Positions 54,474 through 63,929 of a stretch of DNA of 64,000 bases are shown here, one piece after another; the first letter of the stretch is position 1; every line of letters begins with the position of its first letter. The stretch comes from an uncultured Gammaproteobacteria bacterium (GTDB lineage Bacteria > Patescibacteriota > Patescibacteriia > Magasanikbacterales > GWA2-37-8), in assembly GCA_964540825.1 (NCBI GenBank), contig CAZINT010000001.1, positions 348,565 to 412,564 of the forward strand. The letters run 5' to 3'. The position numbers were made by a program, and so were the translations under genes. The notes beneath the pieces were generated by a model. The model made no database searches and was not told the DNA's origin. It saw nothing but the letters and a program-made list of their open reading frames with translations.

Positions 54474-55946
54474 ATGCCTATGAAAAAGATCCTTTTCTTT
54501 CTTGCCCTCACTGCCGGTTGTTTGTCGGCAGGCGTTACAACGGCCAAATTGGTTGATTTTTACGCAGAACGTGGTCAGCAGCTTCCAAGCGTTGCCGCAC
54601 GTGCGGTGAGTGCCTTACAGTGTCGGCTTGTAAAAGCTCCAGCTGAGTATACTGGCACCCAAATCCAGAATAACCAGCTCGAACAGTGTTTGCGCTCTGA
54701 ACAAGGTGAGGGTTTACTCTCCGGCACGGTTACTAAACCCTACACTTTTTCACCAAACACGGTGATCCGATCGAGCGAAATAAATTCAAACTTTGACACG
54801 CTTTATACGCTGGTCAATGGCCAGCTCGAGAACGTAAATATTAAGTCGGGTGCCGCGATTGATGCCAGTAAAATTTCTGGCACAGCGATTATTTCCAATC
54901 CGTCGGCTGCACAGACTATTTCAGCCACCACCACCTTTACCGGCACCGTCCTTGTTTCTACGACGAACGGTTTTTTTGCTGTACCAAGGGTTACTACCGC
55001 ACAACGTGCGGCCCTCTACGGGCTAGAAAACGGGGCCATGGTCTACGACACTACGCTTGGCCAGATGATGGCCTATGAAGGTGGGTCGTGGGCTGGCTTA
55101 AGCGCTTCTGCGGTCTCTGCGGTTGCTTCCTTAACTGGTAAGGGCGTGGTTGAACTATCAACTGGTCTTGAAGCGGCTAGTAGCACACCAGCAGGATCGG
55201 GGAATACTGACGCTCCGCTTGTCCTGCATACCGGGATTGCTACCACTACTCCCTATACCACAGGAAATTTTGTACCGATTACAAAAGCTAACGGCAAACT
55301 AGATACAAGTTTTTTTGATCTTACAGCTAACTTTTTATGGTCTGGCACGCATCGGTTTACTGGTCCAACATTTGTTAGTAGTAGTTTAAACGTCAGCTCT
55401 ACGCCTTCAATGCCCTTTCTTGTTGACACCATAACGTCTGCTACGACTACTGCCAGCTCCACCTTCCCAAAACTCATTACACAGCAAATCGGAAGTGGTA
55501 GCACTGCATCAACTACGATGATAAATCCGCTTGTGGTGAACGCTCCGATCAGTTGGACGAAGACTTTGGGTCCTGCAAATATTGTGGCAGGTCAATTTAG
55601 TAAGGTATTGAACGATACAACGGATATTACTGTTACTCACAACATGGGGATCGCTCCGAACTTTATTAGAATAAGTTGTATGCATGCCAATGCTTCTGGC
55701 ATCAGTGTCTCTGAGGGAACCTATACTTCAGCTGGCCAAGGTAGCACTTATTCTTCCATCGATAATGGTAATGGTACGAGTAGTGTGATGGGGCAGGATG
55801 GAAACATTATTCACCTTGAAAATTCCGCCAACTCCTTGCTGGTTGCTTCGATTTCTGCGGTTGGAGTGAATACCTTTACACTCAGCGTCTCTTCAAATCA
55901 AAATGCTGGAAACACCCGTCGCTGTCAATATTCGGCCCATCTTTAG
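54474..55946 (+). CDS. tail fibre-like protein (paralog A) with signal/anchor and conserved C-terminal 'NQNAGNTRRC' domain
   Basis: Ser/Thr/Gly-rich beta-type composition; C-terminus homologous to 56237-57499. Confidence 0.5.
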   Translation: MPMKKILFFLALTAGCLSAGVTTAKLVDFYAERGQQLPSVAARAVSALQCRLVKAPAEYTGTQIQNNQLEQCLRSEQGEGLLSGTVTKPYTFSPNTVIRSSEINSNFDTLYTLVNGQLENVNIKSGAAIDASKISGTAIISNPSAAQTISATTTFTGTVLVSTTNGFFAVPRVTTAQRAALYGLENGAMVYDTTLGQMMAYEGGSWAGLSASAVSAVASLTGKGVVELSTGLEAASSTPAGSGNTDAPLVLHTGIATTTPYTTGNFVPITKANGKLDTSFFDLTANFLWSGTHRFTGPTFVSSSLNVSSTPSMPFLVDTITSATTTASSTFPKLITQQIGSGSTASTTMINPLVVNAPISWTKTLGPANIVAGQFSKVLNDTTDITVTHNMGIAPNFIRISCMHANASGISVSEGTYTSAGQGSTYSSIDNGNGTSSVMGQDGNIIHLENSANSLLVASISAVGVNTFTLSVSSNQNAGNTRRCQYSAHL

Positions 55947-55962
55947 TTAGTAATTTTTATTT

Positions 55963-56235
55963 ATGGAAAAAAAATATCTCATCATAGCGTGGGCAGTAAT
56001 AGTCCTGATAGCGGTCGGGACATTCTCTAGCGTCTGGAATGCTTACACTCTCCACCAAAGACAGCCGCCAGCAGTTGAAGATCAGCTGAGCGCAAATTCA
56101 CAGAATGGTTTGCCCGGCATTTATAAAGTGACGCCTGGCACGCTCCCGGACGGAGAAGGTACAGCTATCCTCACCGATAGCCATGGCCAAGTGATTGCTT
56201 CGCCTTCATCCATTGTTACCCTTAACACAAATTAG
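55963..56235 (+). CDS. truncated tail-fibre N-terminal anchor fragment
   Basis: TM helix plus 'GLPGIYKVTPGTLPDGEGTAILTDSHGQVIASPSSIVTL', homologous to N-terminus of next gene. Confidence 0.35.
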   Translation: MEKKYLIIAWAVIVLIAVGTFSSVWNAYTLHQRQPPAVEDQLSANSQNGLPGIYKVTPGTLPDGEGTAILTDSHGQVIASPSSIVTLNTN

Positions 56236-56236
56236 T

Positions 56237-57499
56237 ATGCAGCGATTACATAAAATCTTGGGTGGTATAGCGGTAGGAGCATTTTTTATCGTAGCCTCTC
56301 TTTTTAACCCGGAGAGTGCTTTGAGTGCGCTTACTAAGTATGGCCTGCCGGGGATTTACAATTCAAGCCAATTCACCCTGACTGACGGTAGCGGCTCGGC
56401 TCTTTCGACCGACTCAAACGGGCGATTGATCCTTTCTCCTTCCTCGAACATTACTATTTCGGGGGGTGTAAATGGCCACTGGTACCCTTCCAGTAATAAT
56501 ACGAAGGACTTGGGTTTTCCAACCTCCTCATGGAGGAATTTAAGCGTTTCGGGGACCGCTCAAATCGCAACGCTTGTTGTCGGGCCGGGGGGTTGTATCG
56601 GGTGTTCGAGTGGTGGAATAGCCACGGTACCAAGTGGTGGAACCGGTCGAGATGCTTTTACAGCGAACACCGTCCTACTTGGCAATGGTACGAGCGCTCT
56701 TGCGACAACCACGCTCGGCACGAATGGTCAGGTGCTCACGCTCGTTAATGGTGTTCCAACCTGGCAAACAACGAGCACTGCTGCTAATATCTCCGGCAAT
56801 TTACCTGTTACCGCTTTAAACAGTGGCACTAGCGCTTCAAACGCTACTTTCTGGCGCGGCGACGGAACCTGGTCAAGCGTGCTGCAAAGTACCTTTGGTG
56901 TGATTGGTGACTTTGCCGTCAATACCAACAAATTTAATGTTACAGCCAGCAATGGAAATACCGCGATTGCTGGAACTTTGGCAGTAGTCGGTAATACAGC
57001 TTTGACCGGAACTTTGGGAGTAACGGCCACATCAACTTTCACGACTACCACGGTGGCCAGCACGACCATCACACGGGCGAATGTTAATACGCTAGTTGTG
57101 GGCTCCTGTACGGGTTGTGGGGGAACGGCAACTTACTACGCTAGTACCTTTTCTAAAGCAATCAATAATACTACCGACATTGTTTTGGCCCACGGTCTTG
57201 GTAAAACACCTTCTCTGATTACCGCTGACTGTCCCTATGCTTCTGTTCGCGGTTATTCTCAATCAAACGGTGCCTGGACAGCTGGTAGTACTGCGAATAG
57301 CTACGCTTGGAGCGAAGGAGGTTCGGCAAATGGTAGTGGCATGAGTAACTCCGCAAATTTAATCCATATTGAAACTGCAACTGATGGGGCTATTTTTGAT
57401 GCCACCGTCGGTTCCGTTGATGCTACAAATATTACTTTGACTGTCAGCAACAATCAAAATACCGGTAACACCCGTCGTTGCACCGTTACTGCACAATAA
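56237..57499 (+). CDS. tail fibre-like protein (paralog B)
   Basis: N-term 'GLPGIYNSSQFTLTDGSGSALSTDSNGRLILSPSS' and C-term 'SNNQNTGNTRRC' shared with paralog A. Confidence 0.5.
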   Translation: MQRLHKILGGIAVGAFFIVASLFNPESALSALTKYGLPGIYNSSQFTLTDGSGSALSTDSNGRLILSPSSNITISGGVNGHWYPSSNNTKDLGFPTSSWRNLSVSGTAQIATLVVGPGGCIGCSSGGIATVPSGGTGRDAFTANTVLLGNGTSALATTTLGTNGQVLTLVNGVPTWQTTSTAANISGNLPVTALNSGTSASNATFWRGDGTWSSVLQSTFGVIGDFAVNTNKFNVTASNGNTAIAGTLAVVGNTALTGTLGVTATSTFTTTTVASTTITRANVNTLVVGSCTGCGGTATYYASTFSKAINNTTDIVLAHGLGKTPSLITADCPYASVRGYSQSNGAWTAGSTANSYAWSEGGSANGSGMSNSANLIHIETATDGAIFDATVGSVDATNITLTVSNNQNTGNTRRCTVTAQ

Positions 57500-57535
57500 A
57501 AATAATTAAAATTATTTAATTTTATTGCATTTTTT

Positions 57536-57793
57536 ATGCCAGAAGCAAACGAAACAAAAATCATTGTCCCTGAAAAAACTGTGCCTGCGTCCGGGTATAA
57601 ACTTCACTCGTACACAATTGATCCAATCCGCAATTTATTGAACGTTGTACTTTCTAAACTCGATGAGAACGGGGAGCGGATTGACGAAACAATGGTGGTG
57701 AGCTCCATCGACTGTTCTGAACACGCTATGGAAATCAATGAAATAATTAATTCATTGGTAGCCGCGCAGCTGCCTGGCGCACAACTTGAATAA
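57536..57793 (+). CDS. hypothetical phage protein
   Basis: 85-aa ORF. Confidence 0.3.
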   Translation: MPEANETKIIVPEKTVPASGYKLHSYTIDPIRNLLNVVLSKLDENGERIDETMVVSSIDCSEHAMEINEIINSLVAAQLPGAQLE

Positions 57794-58148
57794 TATGGCG
57801 GATATGGAGGTACACGTAGACAAACACGTTGATGTTAATAAACATATCGACGTCACTAAAACTTATTTACCCATTACTGCAGTGGTGGCGATGGCTGTAG
57901 TTATAATCGCTGGCGGGATAGCCTGGGGAACTCAAAGAAACGAGCTACGCGTGCTGGCGTTGCAAGTAGAAGAATTAAAACAAGCAACCGCACTACAAAT
58001 CACCGAAGTAAAAGCGGATTTAAAGGATGTACCGACTCGCAAGGAGTATGAAGGCCTTACTCGCAACTACGACGCTTTAACCAATAGTTACGAGCGTTTA
58101 GACGCCAAGCTCGATAAGGTAACCGAATATTTTAATATTAAAAAGTAA
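57786..58148 (+). CDS. single-TM coiled-coil protein (holin/spanin-like candidate)
   Basis: 'ITAVVAMAVVIIAGGIAWG' TM then coiled coil. Confidence 0.35.
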   Translation: MNNMADMEVHVDKHVDVNKHIDVTKTYLPITAVVAMAVVIIAGGIAWGTQRNELRVLALQVEELKQATALQITEVKADLKDVPTRKEYEGLTRNYDALTNSYERLDAKLDKVTEYFNIKK

Positions 58149-58153
58149 TTTTT

Positions 58154-59248
58154 ATGCCAGAAATTGATATTTCAAAATTTGAAAACCTGGGCGTGCTCGA
58201 TGAGCTTATGCGCGAGACGGACCATATCCGCGGCTTGGAAGCTGAAAAAGGAAGCCCTGTTTTTGTTAAAAAAATGGAGCCAATTCAGACAAGCGAAGGT
58301 GAAGTAATTGATTGGTCTCCGTATGAACCGGAAGCTGAATTACAGAAAAAAGGTAGTTTTGAGAGTAATGCATGTGTCAGTTTTTCGGGCAACAATGTTA
58401 CAGAATACCTCGCTAACTTTGAAATGGCTCGAGATCCAGAGTTCAAAAAAGTACTGGAAATGCTCGGCTTGGTAAAAAATGGTAAGGCAAATTTTTCAGA
58501 TCGGCGCACGGCAAAAGGGAGTGGCACTGATCCAGACAAAGGAAACTACGTTAGTGCTGTTGATGACTATCTGCGTAATTTCTTTTTCTGCCCTGAAGAC
58601 ACCTGGCCTTTCCCAGAAGGAATGACACGAGCAGAGTTTTATGCTGCTCTACCGGTAGAGGTGCGTGATTTCGGTAAAAAATTGAATGAGTATCTTAAGC
58701 TTTGGACCCAGTATTGCAAAAATGCGGTCGTGAACGGCATAACGGTTCCTTATTCCTCACCAGAAGAATTGTGGGAGAGCCTGCAAATTTCGCCGGTTTG
58801 GGTTTCGGTGATGATCCCTTATCAAATGGATGGTGAGTTTATCCGCAGCGAAGAACCTATGGCCGCAATTCAGGCGGGGTATCGCCCTTACGGGCATCGT
58901 ATCTTGGTTCGAAAAGGTGTCAAAGGTAAATACTATGAAGGACATGACAACTATCGAAAGCAGATCGTTAAATTTGATTGGGACTACCCATTTGGCTCCT
59001 GTAAGATTATGCAGTTTGAAAAAAAAAGCTTGGCGGAATTTATTCAGGTTGGAAACTCAATCGCATTTTTAGCAAAGGGTGGAAAATTGGCCGGGAAATA
59101 TATCGGCTATGGCGACAGCGATGAGAAAGATGGTGTGGCTGGGGGTGATGTCTTGAAAGCAGTACACGGTAATTATTCCAAAACAAAACCACGCACAGTG
59201 CTCGATGAGTTTCCTCCGAACTACGTTGGTAAATTATTCATTAAATAA
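58154..59248 (+). CDS. hypothetical protein, possible Cys-His peptidase-like endolysin candidate
   Basis: 'SNACVSFSGNN' Cys and downstream His residues; position between membrane proteins. Confidence 0.35.
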   Translation: MPEIDISKFENLGVLDELMRETDHIRGLEAEKGSPVFVKKMEPIQTSEGEVIDWSPYEPEAELQKKGSFESNACVSFSGNNVTEYLANFEMARDPEFKKVLEMLGLVKNGKANFSDRRTAKGSGTDPDKGNYVSAVDDYLRNFFFCPEDTWPFPEGMTRAEFYAALPVEVRDFGKKLNEYLKLWTQYCKNAVVNGITVPYSSPEELWESLQISPVWVSVMIPYQMDGEFIRSEEPMAAIQAGYRPYGHRILVRKGVKGKYYEGHDNYRKQIVKFDWDYPFGSCKIMQFEKKSLAEFIQVGNSIAFLAKGGKLAGKYIGYGDSDEKDGVAGGDVLKAVHGNYSKTKPRTVLDEFPPNYVGKLFIK

Positions 59249-59254
59249 AAAAGT

Positions 59255-59665
59255 ATGGAACTCAGCTCTCCACGTTTTAAACTTGTTCTGTGCGACTTCA
59301 AAAAGGTTGTCGTCGGTATGCTGATTGCTGCAGCTGGAGCAGCGCTTACCTACCTGCAAGACGCTATCCCGGCCATTGATTTCGGCCAGTACGCCCTGTT
59401 TGCAGTGGCTCTAAACACAATGATCGTCAACACATGCCGTAAGCTTCTTGCTGCCAAAGTGAGTGGTCAGCCCTTTGATAAAGAACAGCTAAAAAAATTA
59501 GCCATTGGTACAGCTGTTGGTTTGGCCGGAGTTGTTGCAACCTATTTTCAAGGAGCAGCTGAACATCTTGATCTTGGGACGTATGGGCCAATGCTCGTCG
59601 CTATTAACTCCACTTTTCTCAACCTCGGCCGCCTCTGGATTGCGGAACACGGGAAGCTCATATAA
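59255..59665 (+). CDS. small multi-TM membrane protein (holin-like candidate)
   Basis: Hydrophobic helices 'VVVGMLIAAAGAAL', 'ALFAVALNTMIV', 'AIGTAVGLAGVVATYF'. Confidence 0.4.
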   Translation: MELSSPRFKLVLCDFKKVVVGMLIAAAGAALTYLQDAIPAIDFGQYALFAVALNTMIVNTCRKLLAAKVSGQPFDKEQLKKLAIGTAVGLAGVVATYFQGAAEHLDLGTYGPMLVAINSTFLNLGRLWIAEHGKLI

Positions 59666-59698
59666 TGGCTTATATTAGCCAAAATAAGGCATATCACT

Positions 59699-60334
59699 AT
59701 GGCAATTGTAAATGGTCAAAAAGGTATCTGGGTAAAAAAGAAAGGCGATGCTTCGCCGGTCTTTGTTGGTTTGGGCCAGGCTGATACGCCGGATGAACAG
59801 ATCGAGGCGAGCAAACAGGGTATTCTAAAAAGTATCGGTGGCAATGTTGAATGGTCCGGCGAAGACCCAAGCGACTTTAACATTCAGGCGGCAACCGGTA
59901 ACGTAAAGGCGTTTACGCCAGCGACTCCCGATGTTGTCGGGGACACCTATTTTGATACCCTGTTAAAACAGACTCAGCAAGAATACCAAGCGCAGCGTGG
60001 ATTGGCGCAGCAAAGTTACTCTCAATTTACCCAGCAGCTCAAAGAGTCTAGGCAGCTCTTTAACAAAAATTTGGAGCAGTCCTATGGCAAAGCTCTGCAA
60101 AAAGTTAACGTGAACGCGTATGATCGTGGTGTTGGTGATAGTGGGGTTAAAACTGAAAATTTTAGAGACACCACGAAGGATAAAGAGTATACCAACGAAC
60201 AGCGTGATTTCGAAGACAAGCAGCGCGAGGCTATTGCTTCCACTGATTTACAGAACAGGCTCGATGCGATTGGTCGCACCGAGGAACGTGCCAGGGCATC
60301 GTTTAAAAGCCCGTACGGTCAATACTCATACTAA
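59699..60334 (+). CDS. hypothetical phage protein
   Basis: 211-aa ORF. Confidence 0.4.
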   Translation: MAIVNGQKGIWVKKKGDASPVFVGLGQADTPDEQIEASKQGILKSIGGNVEWSGEDPSDFNIQAATGNVKAFTPATPDVVGDTYFDTLLKQTQQEYQAQRGLAQQSYSQFTQQLKESRQLFNKNLEQSYGKALQKVNVNAYDRGVGDSGVKTENFRDTTKDKEYTNEQRDFEDKQREAIASTDLQNRLDAIGRTEERARASFKSPYGQYSY

Positions 60335-60336
60335 TT

Positions 60337-62064
60337 ATGCCTACTAACCCTTATGCCACGGCCGCGCGTGTAGATCCACAACGCGAGCAACAGGCTTTAC
60401 TCAAGCTCAAGCAGAATCCTCAGAAGTTGGCCGAACTTGGCCTTGCACCTGACGAGGATTTCTCTACGATTAAAAGTGATCCGGTTAAGTATAACCGGGT
60501 GCTTTCGTATGTGAAGGGGGAGGCATATAAAAATCCTGCGTACAGCGCTGTTACTGGGGGTGTAACCAAGCCAGAGTTTGCTCAAGGGCAGCTCGGCCCC
60601 GATTACTCAAAGACTGCTTCAGAGTACAGCGCTAACCGTGGGGCCGAGCTTAAGAGTACCTATAATGTTGATCCGCTCAAGAGCCGTGCTGACGAATACC
60701 AAGCTGGGAGTTATTCTGCCCTGCCTCGTATTACTGAAGAAGTTAAAAAGAAAGGTGGCTATGATGTTGAAGGTTTGAAAGATAATTTTACCAAGTTGCA
60801 AACTGGCTATGCGGACGCATACCGACGTTTTGTTGCTGGCGAGCTGGCACCAGCTGAATATGCAGCTAAAGTTTCAGAGCTCAGCACCACCGCTCGATCG
60901 CTCGAGAAAGCTCAAACTGGGCTTAAACAAGAGGTAGATGCAGCGGTTGGCAATTACAATACTTCTGCCGCGCGTGCAAAGAATGAGTTTGATAATGCCT
61001 ACGCTAAGTATGCCGAAACGCTGAAGACAGATACGGCCGGGTATGCTGATACGCGAGCTGAAAAGCTGAAGGCAGCTGAAGCGATGTACGAAAGCGTCAA
61101 ATCTCTCCTGGATGAAGCTCAGAAGGACGCGAAGGGTGAGCTCCGCGAAGTTGGTGGAAATCTCTATCAGGTTACGTATGACGATGCTGGCAAAGCAGTT
61201 ACTAAGCTTGTACAGAGAAAGGGCGGTGGTGGAACTGGCGGGGGCGATGGCACAATTCCGGTGGCTCCAATCTCAATTGTTCCAGGCCAGCAGCCTGTAG
61301 CGGCCGGTCCAACATTTGAAGAATTTGTTAAGCAAAAACAGAACGAACAAGGGATCTCGTTTACTCCGGCTGCTAAAGCTAAATTGAAGGTAGAGTACGA
61401 TCAGAAATTCCCGGCGAAACCCCAACAATCCACCCAAACCACGGCGGCGGATATTAGCAAATTTGATCCAACAGTGCAGCGTATTATTCGTGGCACGATG
61501 AAAGTTGAGGATGTCGGTGAGGTTGAGTATCGAAAATTAAAAAATCAAATCAACCAGGCTGAACAGATGGGTCTTATCAAAACAGCAGATCCAAATAAGT
61601 ACACCCCGGAGAATGATAACCAGGCAAAATCTGCCGGTTTCGCCACGCGTATTTCCGAGGCCAATAAAATCTTTGAGGATATTGAACCTGATATTAACAA
61701 CCTCAGTGCTTCGAGAATGTTCTATGAACGTAAAGCCCCTAATCTTTTAAAGTCAGAAACATTCCAGCAACAGGAGCAGGCCGAACGCGACTTTATAAAT
61801 GCTGTTCTTCGTCGCGAGTCCGGTGCCGCTATTTCGCCGTCTGAGTTTGAAAGTGCAGCTAAGCAGTATTTCCCTCAACCTGGCGATTCCAACTCTGTAC
61901 TTCAGCAAAAGAAAAAGAACCGGGCCACCATTTTCAATAATATTTCCCGTGAAGCTGGTGAAGGATTCAAGGTTGAAGATGGAGTCCCGGCAGCTGCCGA
62001 AGAAAAAGTTATCAATGGCGCTCGCTATACAAAGGTAAACGGGGGCTGGCAGTTGGCGCAATAA
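60337..62064 (+). CDS. hypothetical large phage protein
   Basis: 575-aa ORF, coiled-coil-rich. Confidence 0.45.
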   Translation: MPTNPYATAARVDPQREQQALLKLKQNPQKLAELGLAPDEDFSTIKSDPVKYNRVLSYVKGEAYKNPAYSAVTGGVTKPEFAQGQLGPDYSKTASEYSANRGAELKSTYNVDPLKSRADEYQAGSYSALPRITEEVKKKGGYDVEGLKDNFTKLQTGYADAYRRFVAGELAPAEYAAKVSELSTTARSLEKAQTGLKQEVDAAVGNYNTSAARAKNEFDNAYAKYAETLKTDTAGYADTRAEKLKAAEAMYESVKSLLDEAQKDAKGELREVGGNLYQVTYDDAGKAVTKLVQRKGGGGTGGGDGTIPVAPISIVPGQQPVAAGPTFEEFVKQKQNEQGISFTPAAKAKLKVEYDQKFPAKPQQSTQTTAADISKFDPTVQRIIRGTMKVEDVGEVEYRKLKNQINQAEQMGLIKTADPNKYTPENDNQAKSAGFATRISEANKIFEDIEPDINNLSASRMFYERKAPNLLKSETFQQQEQAERDFINAVLRRESGAAISPSEFESAAKQYFPQPGDSNSVLQQKKKNRATIFNNISREAGEGFKVEDGVPAAAEEKVINGARYTKVNGGWQLAQ

Positions 62065-62073
62065 ATAAATTCT

Positions 62074-63543
62074 ATGCCTACTCAGATTAAAAACTTTATT
62101 TCCGACCAAGAAATGGCCGAGCTCGAAAAGCAGGGTAATACTACACCGGCCATTAAAGCGCCGCCTGCTTTTATTTCTGATGCTGATATGGCAAAAATGC
62201 AGCCAAAGAAAAAAGGATTTCTTAGAAGTTTTGCTGAAGGAATAGTGCGTCCATTTGGTGAATTTGCGGTTTCATTAGAGAATGCTGCTGAAGCAACGGA
62301 GGCTTTGGTGAAAGGTAAAGGGGCCGCAGTAGCCGATCAGAAGTTAGCTCAAAATATAAAGCTGCCATTTATAGGAGAAACAAAACCGGCACTTACTGGC
62401 CAGGAAGGGTTTGTTGAAGGTACAAAAAAGATGGCTGGTTATGGTTTGGACATTGGGTCCAATTTTGTGGGTATGCAGGGGTTGGGACAGTTGGGGAAGG
62501 CTGGGGCTAAGGGGGCAGCACTACAGGCTGTTAAGCAGGGTGCTAAGTATGGGGCAGCTACAGGGGCTATAAACAGCGGAGGGGTGGCTCTGGAGGAGAA
62601 TAAGGGGGCCAGGGAGGTTGCCACTGATACCGCAACCGGGGGCATTTTTGGTGGTGTTTTGGGTGCGCTCGGCGGTGCTGCCTCAGGAGCCGGCGGCAAA
62701 TTCTTCCGTAAGGTTGGTCAGGCCGTTAAAAACAGAACCCCGGAAGGTGTGGCAGAGAAAGCCGCTTCTGAAGCTATGGATGTTTTGACCCCTGAACTTA
62801 GTAAAACAAAGGGCATCCAGGCTGTAAAAAGGACTGGTACTGAAGTTACGAATGAACTGGGCGAAATTGCTCTTAAGACTGGTAAGCGCGAGCATGAGAT
62901 GGCTGAAGCGGTGAAGGATCTTGTTACTCCAAAAAAGACCATGAGCCAGAACCTCGAAAGTGTTAAGGGTGGTTTGGCAAGGGAGGCAGAGAACGCGAAG
63001 GCCTTATTGCAAAGCCGGGACGTTCCTTTTACTCGAGCAGAGTTGAAAAAACACTTATCGGGTGTGAAGCTTCCCTCGAGCGTAAAGCGTGATGATTATT
63101 TGCGTGGTTTGTATGATGATGTAACTGAGCGCTTCTTTGACCTGCTCGAAGAAAATCCAAAAAAACTTTCTTCTATTTTGGATAATCGGAAAGCGCTTGA
63201 TAAAATCGTTGAGGAGGAGATCCCGAATATTTGGAGCGAAACACGCCACAGCCCATTGCAAAAATCGTTTACAAGCTTCCGCAATAGCCTGCATGATTTT
63301 ATTGAGAAAAAGGCTGGTCCAGAAATTGGAGGTGAATTTCGTGATAGTCTGAAGAAGCAAAGCTTGATGTATGATGCGATCGACAATTTGGCACCGAAGG
63401 CTTTCAAGGAAGTCGGTACGAATGCTCCTGGGCGTATTCTACAAAAACACCCGATCCTTAAAAAGATCGGGCGAGACGCTGCTTTAGGTGCTGGAGCGGC
63501 ATTAGGAGGAGGAGCAATTATGAGGGGTCTTCTTGAGAACTAG
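62074..63543 (+). CDS. hypothetical Gly/Ala-rich phage protein
   Basis: 489-aa ORF with GxGxxG-type low-complexity core. Confidence 0.45.
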   Translation: MPTQIKNFISDQEMAELEKQGNTTPAIKAPPAFISDADMAKMQPKKKGFLRSFAEGIVRPFGEFAVSLENAAEATEALVKGKGAAVADQKLAQNIKLPFIGETKPALTGQEGFVEGTKKMAGYGLDIGSNFVGMQGLGQLGKAGAKGAALQAVKQGAKYGAATGAINSGGVALEENKGAREVATDTATGGIFGGVLGALGGAASGAGGKFFRKVGQAVKNRTPEGVAEKAASEAMDVLTPELSKTKGIQAVKRTGTEVTNELGEIALKTGKREHEMAEAVKDLVTPKKTMSQNLESVKGGLAREAENAKALLQSRDVPFTRAELKKHLSGVKLPSSVKRDDYLRGLYDDVTERFFDLLEENPKKLSSILDNRKALDKIVEEEIPNIWSETRHSPLQKSFTSFRNSLHDFIEKKAGPEIGGEFRDSLKKQSLMYDAIDNLAPKAFKEVGTNAPGRILQKHPILKKIGRDAALGAGAALGGGAIMRGLLEN

Positions 63544-63650
63544 TGTCATGTTTTCCGGTTTTGAAGATATGGTCCCATACCCGGCCAACTAAGACTCCGA
63601 CTGCTCCACCGACTAAGAGAATGATGATAGTGTTCATAATTAAAATAAGA

Positions 63651-63929
63651 TTATTCAACGGTTTCTAAGTTATCTAAAGCTTCGCCCATCTCATCGTAGC
63701 TTTCCCAGGCGTAGTATCTCGCGTCCTCGATATTACTGTTGGCTTGTTCGAGCATATCCTGATTTTCCTGTAGCTCGTCCTCCTTTATTCTTAGGTCGTA
63801 ACTGAGGTTACTATTATCAGCTTCGAGTTCTTGTATGGTTTCATTCTTGGTTTTGATCTTCGCACCCATCGCTATAATGATGATGGCTAGGAAAATTATT
63901 AAACCAGTTTTACCTGGTGACTCATTCAT
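63651..63929 (-). CDS. hypothetical TM plus coiled-coil protein on opposite strand (possible start of a divergent module)
   Basis: 92-aa minus-strand ORF; a ~31-aa TM peptide ORF also lies on minus strand at ~63547-63639. Confidence 0.35.
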   Translation of the reverse strand: MNESPGKTGLIIFLAIIIIAMGAKIKTKNETIQELEADNSNLSYDLRIKEDELQENQDMLEQANSNIEDARYYAWESYDEMGEALDNLETVE

